From: an uncultured Flavobacteriaceae bacterium
Lineage (GTDB): Bacteria; Bacteroidota; Bacteroidia; Flavobacteriales; Flavobacteriaceae
NCBI GenBank assembly: GCA_964550895.1
Contig: CAZKAP010000003.1
Coordinates: 49,082-113,081, forward strand
Direction: 5' to 3'
DNA length: 64,000 nt
Positions 17,489 through 25,558 of the stretch are shown here, piece after piece (the stretch's first letter is position 1; every line of letters starts with the position of its first letter). A program made the position numbers and the translations under genes. The notes under the pieces were generated by a model that did no database searches, was not told the origin of the DNA, and saw only the letters and a program-made list of their open reading frames with translations.

Positions 17489-17511
17489 TCTGGAGCCGGT
17501 GCAGTTTCCTT

Positions 17512-17784
17512 TCATCCGCCATAGAGCTCCGTCGTCTCGTCTTCATTGACGATCATCACACTGATCCGCACCTTCAGGTTGAAGTATTCCTTGTAGAAGT
17601 AGGTCTTACGGGATCGGTCGTATCCGATTCGCGCCTTGAAATCCTTCAACTGTTCGATCAGGTGGTACACCAGCCGTTCACTGATGCGCAGCCTCCCTGC
17701 GAGCTCTGTGGGACTGCCTGTACTTTCGGTTTCGATGGCCTTGTGAATAAACTGAAGCCGTTCGAGATTCCTGATGTTATTCAT
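17512..17784 (-). CDS. small winged-helix-turn-helix protein (putative transcriptional regulator)
   Basis: 90 aa. HTH pattern STGSPTELAGRLRISERLVYHLIEQLKD followed by a wing-like IGYDRSRKTYFY, resembling DeoR/HTH_11 N-terminal domains. Confidence 0.6.
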   Translation of the reverse strand: MNNIRNLERLQFIHKAIETESTGSPTELAGRLRISERLVYHLIEQLKDFKARIGYDRSRKTYFYKEYFNLKVRISVMIVNEDETTELYGG

Positions 17785-18085
17785 ATGCTGTATTTATGGT
17801 TAGCACACCCCGGGGGAAATGGGTGTGGTGGACAACCTAAAACTATACAGCTATACAGGCCATTTGAAAATCAAATACCCGGTCATTTATAAATCCTGAG
17901 ATTCGATGCTTAAAGAAGCGCGGACCAAAATATGACGTATATGAAAGGTTCATGTGCCCAACCCAACCACAGCTTGCATTCGGCGGGTCTCGTCCCAAAA
18001 AGCACTCCAGTAGAAGCCGGCTGCTCCCTTCATCGGCGAGTTCGGGTATTTTATAATTCGTCGGTCGCGTCCGGTGGGATGTTCC

Positions 18086-19177
18086 CTATTTTACATTCCA
18101 GACCTTAATGCGGTCGGATTCACTCAGTCCATCCCGGATTTCGACATAGAGTCCGTCACTGACACCCAGGACCACATCACGGCGCTCGAAGTTCTTTTCG
18201 CCCGTTGCCACCTCCACGAAAGGACGATTGGTCTCCTTGTCGAATTGCAGCAGCCCTTCCTTGATGGCCAGGACACTATCGGCCTGCTCGAGTATAATGG
18301 AGGCATTCGCACTGAGTCCTGCCCGAATAAATACGGAATCCGCCTTCCTGAGCGTGCCCTTGATCTCGAACTGAATGGCCCCGTTCTCCTCGACTCCCTT
18401 GGGCGCAATATAGTCCAGTACGGCATCGAAAACCTGGTTTTTGAGGGCACCAACTGTAATTTCCAATGGCAGATTCTCGGTAACATTCCCTACTTCGGCC
18501 TCGTCGATCTTGCCTTCGAATATCATGCGGTTGATGTCCGCTATAGCCGCGATCGTAGTGCCTTCGTTGAAGTTGTTGGCCTCGATCACCTGGTTCCCCA
18601 CTTCCACGGGTACATCCAGAACCATGCCGCTTACGGTAGCCGTGATCCGTGTATTTGCCGCCTTACCCAACTCCCTGGTGGAACCCGTCCGGACGATGTC
18701 GTATCGCTTACTGGCGGCACTAAACGCCAGGTTGGCCTGATCGTAATTCACCTGGGCCACATCCATATCGGCCTGCGAGATCACCCCCCGTTCGAACAGG
18801 GACTTCTGGCGGTCGTAGTTGCGCTTCTGGTCTGCCCTTCGAATTCGAGCCTCTTCCACCGCATTCCTCGCATCATTGAGTTGCTGCAAATTGGGCACGA
18901 CTTTGATGCGCGCGATGAGGTCTCCCGACTTGACGTAATCGCCACCTTCGACAAATACGGCTTGAATAACGCCGGATATATTGGGCTTGATCAGCACCTC
19001 CTCCTTGGGTATGATCTTGCCTGTGGCTACGGTCTTTCGCACGATGTCACGGCGCTCAGGAGATTCGGTAGTGTAGCTGACGGGATCCTCCTGATTCTTA
19101 GTGTACAGGTAGTACATGGATGCGCCGAATCCGATGACGATCAGGCTGAGAACTGCAATGGTGATCCATTTTTTCAT
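18086..19177 (-). CDS. efflux transporter periplasmic adaptor subunit (HlyD/MacA-like), paralog
   Basis: 363 aa. Aligns along its full length with 7168-8307 (for example SGDLIARIKVVPN... versus SGDLIAIIKVVPN...). Confidence 0.85.
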   Translation of the reverse strand: MKKWITIAVLSLIVIGFGASMYYLYTKNQEDPVSYTTESPERRDIVRKTVATGKIIPKEEVLIKPNISGVIQAVFVEGGDYVKSGDLIARIKVVPNLQQLNDARNAVEEARIRRADQKRNYDRQKSLFERGVISQADMDVAQVNYDQANLAFSAASKRYDIVRTGSTRELGKAANTRITATVSGMVLDVPVEVGNQVIEANNFNEGTTIAAIADINRMIFEGKIDEAEVGNVTENLPLEITVGALKNQVFDAVLDYIAPKGVEENGAIQFEIKGTLRKADSVFIRAGLSANASIILEQADSVLAIKEGLLQFDKETNRPFVEVATGEKNFERRDVVLGVSDGLYVEIRDGLSESDRIKVWNVK

Positions 19178-19197
19178 GACGGTGTTTTAATCAACTG

Positions 19198-20451
19198 CTA
19201 TTCGGTTCGTATGGCTTCTATTGGGCGTACCCGCAGGGCACTCCGGGCGGGAATAAATCCGGCGAGCAGACCGGAGCCCACCAGGAAAAACAGGGCAAGG
19301 GCCACATAGCCGATCTGGACGCTCGGATTGAAAAACATATCGACGGGGCCGACCTGTTCCAGGGCGTAATTGATTCCGTAAATGGTCAGGGCGCCGAAGC
19401 CCACCCCCATCATCCCGCTCAGTACGGTAATCACGGCGGACTCCGCCAGAATCTGATACCGAATCGAGGAGGCCTTCTCCCCTAGGGCCCTTCGAATTCC
19501 GATCTCCCGTGTGCGTTCCTTCACGATGATGAGCATGATGTTGCTTACCCCGATTATACCGGAGAGCAAGACCATGAGGCCAACGACTATGGCGACCAGG
19601 TCCAGCACATCGAAAAGGGACTGCACCTTACCGAATTCCTCGAATATATCGTTGTTGCCAATCGCCCGGTTATCGGTGGGGCTTACCCGGTGATTCCGCT
19701 TCAGCACATCTATGATCTGACCCTTCAGGGCGGTGATGGGAAACTCGTCTTCCGCCGTGATCGCCATCCATCCGACCCGGTCTCCCTGATTAAAGACCTG
19801 GTTGAATGAGGTGAACGGCACATATATGGACTTCTGGTCTTCGGTATCGTCGGCACTCTCGTTCGCCTTCTTGTAGGTTCCGACTACCTGGAAGTTCACG
19901 CCCTGTATCTTGATGTAGGTGCCCAGTACCTCTTCGTCCGATTTATAGAGTTCACGGACTACACCCGGACCGATCACGGCAATCTTACGCCGTTTTTCTA
20001 TGTCCCATGCGTTGATAAACCGACCCAGAGTGATGTCCATGGGTTCCTGGTTCATGATATCCGGAAAATCGGCGAAGATCACATAACTCCCACTCTCCAC
20101 GCCGCGAATAACATTAGGTTCACTGCTGCGCTGTTGGTTGCGGCCGGAAATATACTTCAGGTGAGGGACCTGATCCCGTATGGCCTCCAGGTCACCAACC
20201 CGGTAGCGGATCGGCCGGCCTTTGGGCAATCCATCATAGGCCTCGGTAGTGCTCCGTCCCCAAATGAATACCGTATTGGTGGCTATGTTCCCGAAGTCGA
20301 GGCGAACGCCTTTCTCCAGGCCGTCGTTTACCGCCAGCAGGAGGATGAAGATGTAGATCCCCCAGCCGACGCCGAAGGCCGTCAGTAGCGTCCGGCTCGG
20401 CTTGGCGGCGAGCACCTCCAGTATTTCCCTCCATCGGTCAGCTGAAAACAT
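19198..20451 (-). CDS. ABC transporter permease (MacB/FtsX-type), paralog
   Basis: 417 aa. FtsX C-terminal bundle (KERTREIGIRRALGE). Paralog of 8344-9609. Confidence 0.85.
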   Translation of the reverse strand: MFSADRWREILEVLAAKPSRTLLTAFGVGWGIYIFILLLAVNDGLEKGVRLDFGNIATNTVFIWGRSTTEAYDGLPKGRPIRYRVGDLEAIRDQVPHLKYISGRNQQRSSEPNVIRGVESGSYVIFADFPDIMNQEPMDITLGRFINAWDIEKRRKIAVIGPGVVRELYKSDEEVLGTYIKIQGVNFQVVGTYKKANESADDTEDQKSIYVPFTSFNQVFNQGDRVGWMAITAEDEFPITALKGQIIDVLKRNHRVSPTDNRAIGNNDIFEEFGKVQSLFDVLDLVAIVVGLMVLLSGIIGVSNIMLIIVKERTREIGIRRALGEKASSIRYQILAESAVITVLSGMMGVGFGALTIYGINYALEQVGPVDMFFNPSVQIGYVALALFFLVGSGLLAGFIPARSALRVRPIEAIRTE

Positions 20452-20459
20452 CGTCCTTG

Positions 20460-21704
20460 TTATTCTTCCTTAAGTGCTACTACCACCCGGGTACGGGCGG
20501 CCTTCATGGCCGGAACCAGTCCGGCTATGGTGCCGGCAACTACCAGCACCAGGACCATGGCCGTGGCAATCTTAAAATCTACTGCCGGATACCTGAGGTA
20601 ATCGATAGCCAGATCGGCCCCAAATATCTCCAGCAGCCCCATACTGGCAATGAACCCCATACTGCCGGAAACTACCGTAATAAAAAGGGCCTCGTGCAGA
20701 ATGAGACAGATAAGGCTGGACGGAGTGGCCCCCAGTGCCTTGCGTATGCCGAGCTCACGGGTTCGTTCTTTCACCACGATAAGCATGATGTTGCCCACTC
20801 CGACGATACCCGCAATCAGCGTGCAGATTCCCACAAACCAATTGAATATCGAAATATTGTTGATCAGGTTGTAGTACCGTTCGGTCTCCTCGGCCATACT
20901 CCAGATGAAAATGGCCCGTTCGTCTTCCGGCGCTACCCGATGCTTTCTCTTCAGGTAATCGAAAAACAATGCCTTGACGTGGGCCGTATGAGCCAGGGTT
21001 TCGTCCAGGGTCTCCTTTTCGTATAGGCTGAATGCGTAGTTGCCGACGCGGTTGAATTCGGCAAAGACCACCTCGGCCGTGGTAATAGGAACGTACATGC
21101 GCTGTTCCTCACTTTCATTCATTTCCTCGTAGACTCCGACCACCTTGAAGGGGATGCCTGAGAGTTCGATAAATTCCCCCAGGGGTGAGGAATCTTCCTC
21201 GAAGACTTCGTCCCTGAGCTTCTTTCCGATTACGATCACCTTACTGAGGTTCTCCAAATCCAGCGGATTCAGGAAACGGCCCTCGGCTATGGCCGCATTC
21301 TCGATAAACTGAAACTGGTCGTTTACGGCCTGAATCGAATACGGAAGTGCTTCGTCACCGTAAACGGCCGACACCCCACCGACAAACATGCGGGGAGAAC
21401 CGTATTCGTATTCGGAACCAAAGGCGTCGCTCAAATCATGAAATTCCTCCATGGAGAATCGAATCCTGCGTCCCGGATTCAGGCCGTCGTAGGCCATGGA
21501 AGTCGTTTCGGGCCAGACCCAGAGCGAGGTAGTGGAATCCTGTTCAAACTCGAACTCTATGCCGTTCTCCAGCCCTTTTCCAAAACCCAGAAGTATAACC
21601 AGTATAAAGATTCCCGAACTCACGGCCAGTCCGGTAAGGAAGGTCCTGAGCCTGTTTTTCCAGAGGGTCTCGAGTAACTCCTGCCATCGTTCGAGGTCAA
21701 ACAT
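20460..21704 (-). CDS. ABC transporter permease (MacB/FtsX-type), paralog
   Basis: 414 aa. Its start MFDLERWQELLETLWKNRLRTFLTG compares with MFSLEAWKEIYSTLRKNKLRTFLTG of 9610-10839. Confidence 0.85.
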   Translation of the reverse strand: MFDLERWQELLETLWKNRLRTFLTGLAVSSGIFILVILLGFGKGLENGIEFEFEQDSTTSLWVWPETTSMAYDGLNPGRRIRFSMEEFHDLSDAFGSEYEYGSPRMFVGGVSAVYGDEALPYSIQAVNDQFQFIENAAIAEGRFLNPLDLENLSKVIVIGKKLRDEVFEEDSSPLGEFIELSGIPFKVVGVYEEMNESEEQRMYVPITTAEVVFAEFNRVGNYAFSLYEKETLDETLAHTAHVKALFFDYLKRKHRVAPEDERAIFIWSMAEETERYYNLINNISIFNWFVGICTLIAGIVGVGNIMLIVVKERTRELGIRKALGATPSSLICLILHEALFITVVSGSMGFIASMGLLEIFGADLAIDYLRYPAVDFKIATAMVLVLVVAGTIAGLVPAMKAARTRVVVALKEE

Positions 21705-21914
21705 TTCCGTATATCTTATCGCCCCCTTGCCTCTGTGGGCGACTTCTTTTCAACGCGGAATATCGCCAAATAGTGGGTTGAGGGGTGTTAGTATATTGCT
21801 AAAAAGTGTGTTGCGCATTAACCCGAGAGCATAAACCGATTAAGGCCACACCAGAAAGACTCCCTGCCGGGAATAATGTTACAGAAATTCAGCAGTAAAC
21901 CGCATGCGGGAAGA

Positions 21915-22181
21915 TCAGCCCGCCTGGCCCGTACGGGCCTTTTTATTGCGAAAGCGGGTATACACCAGGAAAATGGCCAGTCCGACCAGGATGTACGGAA
22001 TCACCATCAGGTAGACGATGCCGTCGTTAAGGCCCTGGGCCGCTTCTCCACTGGCTTCGGTTTCCAGCACGGCGCGGCACATAGAGCACTGGGCATGCAG
22101 TGGGATTGACGGAAGCAAAACCGCTATCAGCAAGGCCATCGGCCACAGTACCTCCTGAAACCTCCACACGCCACTAGCCAT
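21915..22181 (-). CDS. small membrane protein associated with cytochrome oxidase cluster (hypothetical)
   Basis: 88 aa. Signal/TM segment, CSMC motif and a C-terminal TM helix. Overlaps the DUF420 gene end by 8 nt. Confidence 0.5.
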   Translation of the reverse strand: MASGVWRFQEVLWPMALLIAVLLPSIPLHAQCSMCRAVLETEASGEAAQGLNDGIVYLMVIPYILVGLAIFLVYTRFRNKKARTGQAG

Positions 22182-22707
22182 AATACGGAGATATCATCAG
22201 GTACACCACCACTCCCGTAACGGCCACATAGAGCCAGATCGGAAAGGTAATCTTCGCCCATTTGCGATGAGCTGCCATCTGATTGAGGTAGGCCTTGAGG
22301 TAGGTCCTCAGAACCAATGGGATAACGACTATAGACAGTATTATATGACTGATAAGGATAAAGAAGTACAGGTACCTCCAGTAGCCTTCCCCTCCGTAGG
22401 GCGTACTATCCGATGTCATGTGATAGGCCACATACATGAGCAGGAATACCAGCGACAGGCCAATGCAGGTGGTGGTCAGCGCCCGGTGGAGTCGCACGTT
22501 TCCCTTCTTTATAGCCAGCAAGGCAGCAATCAGGAGTACGGCAGTCAGGGCATTGATTCCGGCATATATGGGCGGCAGGAAACTCAAAGGCTTCACGTTC
22601 TCCAGGCGTACGCCAAAGAGTATGGCCACCACCAAGGGCACAGCCACAGATACTATATTGATCCACAGGTTCAGTTTCTTCTCTTGCAGGGTCAGTTCCT
22701 GATTCAT
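22174..22707 (-). CDS. DUF420 domain-containing membrane protein
   Basis: 177 aa, four predicted TM helices. The position next to the SCO and cox genes is typical of DUF420. Confidence 0.75.
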   Translation of the reverse strand: MNQELTLQEKKLNLWINIVSVAVPLVVAILFGVRLENVKPLSFLPPIYAGINALTAVLLIAALLAIKKGNVRLHRALTTTCIGLSLVFLLMYVAYHMTSDSTPYGGEGYWRYLYFFILISHIILSIVVIPLVLRTYLKAYLNQMAAHRKWAKITFPIWLYVAVTGVVVYLMISPYYG

Positions 22708-23441
22708 TCTTCCAATAGTTTTCGCAGGTCTTCAATAAGCAGGGTCACCTGCTCCTCTTCCCCGTTTTCATCGGGGGATTCTTCGGGCAGTATCGATCCC
22801 CGGTAGTAAATCAATGGGTTTCCGAATTCGTCCGCACGGCTGCGTATATAGCCTTCCTTATCAATCAGGGCAAAAAGTCCGGAGTGCTCAAAACCCCCGG
22901 GATACTCTTCACCTTCTTCGGCAAGCATATAAAATCCCCGTCGGGACAGTTCGTAGATCGAATCTTTCTCTCCTCCCAGGAAGTACCAGCCCGGTCCGGC
23001 CTGATACCTGCTGGCATAATCCTTTAAGCGCTCAGGGCTATCGTAACGGGGATTGATGGTGATACTGATAATGCCCACCTCTTCACCGAACTCCTCCTGA
23101 ATCGTCCTCAGATTCCGGCTCATGCGCGGGCAGATCGTAGGACAGGTAGTAAAAAAGAAATCCAGCACCCAGACCTTACCCTTCATCTGATCCGATACAA
23201 AGGGGAGGCTGTCCTGGTCGATGAGCCTAAAATCGGGCACGCTTCTCTTGATGCCGTCCTGATACACATAGCCCACCTCCGCACCAGTGGCGCCGGCAGA
23301 CGAGAGCCTCTTGGTATCGACCACCGTTCCTTCCGATATCTTCTCAATCAGGGCGGGTATAGTGAGTACCCCGAAAATGAGTATAATCACAGCAATCCAG
23401 ATGTAAGTCTGTCGCTTCTTACTAGCGGCTCCTGTCGGCAT
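22704..23441 (-). CDS. SCO family copper chaperone (Sco1/SenC)
   Basis: 245 aa. N-terminal TM and thioredoxin fold with a CPTICP (CxxxC) motif in FFFTTCPTICPRM. Confidence 0.85.
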   Translation of the reverse strand: MPTGAASKKRQTYIWIAVIILIFGVLTIPALIEKISEGTVVDTKRLSSAGATGAEVGYVYQDGIKRSVPDFRLIDQDSLPFVSDQMKGKVWVLDFFFTTCPTICPRMSRNLRTIQEEFGEEVGIISITINPRYDSPERLKDYASRYQAGPGWYFLGGEKDSIYELSRRGFYMLAEEGEEYPGGFEHSGLFALIDKEGYIRSRADEFGNPLIYYRGSILPEESPDENGEEEQVTLLIEDLRKLLEE

Positions 23442-24054
23442 AGTTCTTTTTTAGAGCCAAGCGATACTCGGCCAGGATAATCTTGACATCATCCTCCATT
23501 TTATTGTTGATCTCCGCGACGGAAGTAATGTCATAGCCACTCTTAACTCCCTCGTCTTCGTCGTCGTTCCTGCCCCGCTGCTTGGATTCCTTATCCACTA
23601 TGAACACATAGGGCGAGCCCAGGTCTCCCTCCAACTCATAGTCCGGCCCCAATTCGCCAAACAGGGCACGAATTTGATCCTCCGACATTTCCGTAAACTT
23701 CCATCCCTCTACCTCGTTCACACGCCCGAGTTCCTCCGACACCCGATTCCAGCTGGAAGTAGACCCCTCGGTGCCGATCATAACGATCTGGAAGTCATTA
23801 AAGTCCTTAAACTGACGGTAAATCTTCATGTTCAGGTTAAAGAGCTGTCCCTTGCGCCGCTCGGGCTTACTTCCGAGAAAGCCCACAATACTGATTTTTC
23901 CGGTAAAAAGCGTATCCCCTTGTGGCTGTGGCATAGAACGCAGGCTCTCATCCAGTACAGGCAGTCGGCCAAAATTTTGAACACCCGTGGCAAAAAAGAG
24001 GTAAGCGACCAACGGGAGGGCGAAGAGCACCACAAAAACGAAGGTCTTTTTCAT
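23422..24054 (-). CDS. hypothetical membrane-anchored protein in cox cluster
   Basis: Start moved to ATG 24054 (MKKTFVFVVLFALPLVAYLFF). The longer ORF would run through the terminator hairpin at 24072-24107. Confidence 0.5.
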   Translation of the reverse strand: MKKTFVFVVLFALPLVAYLFFATGVQNFGRLPVLDESLRSMPQPQGDTLFTGKISIVGFLGSKPERRKGQLFNLNMKIYRQFKDFNDFQIVMIGTEGSTSSWNRVSEELGRVNEVEGWKFTEMSEDQIRALFGELGPDYELEGDLGSPYVFIVDKESKQRGRNDDEDEGVKSGYDITSVAEINNKMEDDVKIILAEYRLALKKNYADRSR

Positions 24055-24071
24055 AAGCAATTTTGAGGGTA

Positions 24072-24107
24072 CAAAAATAAAAAAAGGCGGCCTATTGAGC
24101 CACCTTT
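24072..24107 (-). terminator. rho-independent terminator after cox subunit IV gene
   Basis: Minus-strand RNA AAAGGUGGC-UCAAUAG-GCCGCCUUU forms a 9-bp stem with one G-U pair, followed by UUUUAUUUUUGU. Confidence 0.6.
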
Positions 24108-24126
24108 TCAATGCCTTAAGTGAGGT

Positions 24127-24510
24127 TTAGAAATTCCAGGTCAGCAGACTTTCCTTAAACACCTCAAATATATAGTCTCCCTCCAATAGCAGGATAAAAG
24201 CCAGGTAGGCAATCAGGAAAAATGCTACCCAGACTACGGTTCTCCTGAGTCCGCTGGTTTCGTCCCTCAAGTGCATGAAATCCCATGCTATATAGTACGC
24301 CTTGACCAGGGTGAGGATGATGAAGATCCAGTTGATCAGCTTCAGACCGAGCAAAAAATTGGAATCCAGATACTCCGGGCGTACGATACCCAGAACAACC
24401 TCAACGGCCGTCACTATGGCCAGGAAAGTGAGTACTCCCCAAATCTTGGTTACGTTAGACGAAAATTTTACTAAACCCCGAAATATTTCCAGCTTGTGTT
24501 CGTGTGCCAT
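24127..24510 (-). CDS. cytochrome c oxidase subunit IV family protein
   Basis: 127 aa, three TM helices, immediately downstream of the subunit III genes. Confidence 0.7.
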   Translation of the reverse strand: MAHEHKLEIFRGLVKFSSNVTKIWGVLTFLAIVTAVEVVLGIVRPEYLDSNFLLGLKLINWIFIILTLVKAYYIAWDFMHLRDETSGLRRTVVWVAFFLIAYLAFILLLEGDYIFEVFKESLLTWNF

Positions 24511-24513
24511 GCC

Positions 24514-25491
24514 TTATACCAAATAAAAGAATGTAAAAACAAATACCCAGACCAGGTCTACAAAGTGCCAGTATAATCCGACCTTTTCCACCATTTCGTA
24601 ATGCCCGCGTTTCTCGTAGGTGCCCATAAGGACGTTAAAGAAGATGATCAGGTTAATCACCACTCCGGAAAATACGTGGAAGCCGTGGAAGCCTGTTATG
24701 AAAAAGAAGAAATCGGCAAACAGGCGGTTTCCGTATTCGTTGCGAATCAGGTTAGCCCCTTCGACCACCCGAACCGTTTGCTTGATGCGTTGCAGGGATT
24801 CCATGCGGCTCAGGATTTCCTTCTTGCCGGCATTCTCTCCCTCCTGTATGATGTTCTCGGTCTTGATCAGCAGATTGGGGCTGGCCTCGAATCCGGCCAC
24901 CACTTCATCCAGCGTTACCGAAGGCATCTTCTCTCCCTCATAGAACCATACCCCCTCGGACTTGACGTGGTTCACCCGGCTTTCGGGTATGCTGGTTGCG
25001 AAGGTCTCCAGGGCCACCCGATCCCCGTTCTGATCTACGAATTGCAGGATCCGCCCACCCTTAGTTTCCAGGGCTCCGTAATCCCCTTTGATGAAAGTCG
25101 CCCATTCCCACGCCTGGGAACCGACGAAGATCAGGCCGCCAAGTACGGTGAGACCCATATACAGCACCACCTTACTCTTCTGCATGCGATGTCCGGCGTC
25201 CACGGCCAGCACCATGGTTACCGAAGACATGATCAGCACGAAGGTCATGAAGGCCACGTATATCATGGGATAGTTGCCATGTACAAACGGCACGTGGGTG
25301 AACACTTCGTCCGCTATGGGCCAGATCTCAACAAATTTAAACCGGGAGAAGCCATAAGCCACGATAAACCCGGAGAAGGTCAGGGCATCCGATACGATGA
25401 AAAACCACATCATCAGTTTGCCATAGCTGGCTCCGAAGGGCCGGCTGCCCCCACCCCACGAATTTTCTTCCGTCGTTAGCGTTGTATCCAT
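24514..25491 (-). CDS. ctaE: cytochrome c oxidase subunit III
   Basis: 325 aa. Heme-copper oxidase subunit III-like TM helices (FFFITGFHGFHVFSGV, YWHFVDLVWVFVF) with a soluble insertion. Confidence 0.85.
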   Translation of the reverse strand: MDTTLTTEENSWGGGSRPFGASYGKLMMWFFIVSDALTFSGFIVAYGFSRFKFVEIWPIADEVFTHVPFVHGNYPMIYVAFMTFVLIMSSVTMVLAVDAGHRMQKSKVVLYMGLTVLGGLIFVGSQAWEWATFIKGDYGALETKGGRILQFVDQNGDRVALETFATSIPESRVNHVKSEGVWFYEGEKMPSVTLDEVVAGFEASPNLLIKTENIIQEGENAGKKEILSRMESLQRIKQTVRVVEGANLIRNEYGNRLFADFFFFITGFHGFHVFSGVVINLIIFFNVLMGTYEKRGHYEMVEKVGLYWHFVDLVWVFVFTFFYLV

Positions 25492-25558
25492 TCAGGAACG
25501 GTTGTTAAAAATTTTGACAAATGTAAGGGATTGCGCTCATTCACAAAACCGGATTGTG

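Noticed and set aside
17512-17526. The wHTH protein ends in ...ELYGG followed directly by a stop, which resembles a double-glycine leader end.
   Set aside because: There is no core peptide after the GG, and the protein is a complete wHTH fold. I treated this as coincidence.
17358-17546. 62-aa minus-strand ORF (MKTRRRSSMADERKLHRLQ...).
   Set aside because: It starts inside the 3' end of the wHTH gene in another frame and spans the promoter box. No motif supports it.
18074-19309. 411-aa plus-strand ORF.
   Set aside because: It is antisense to the HlyD-like adaptor and the end of a permease gene. It has no domain-like sequence and is a shadow ORF.
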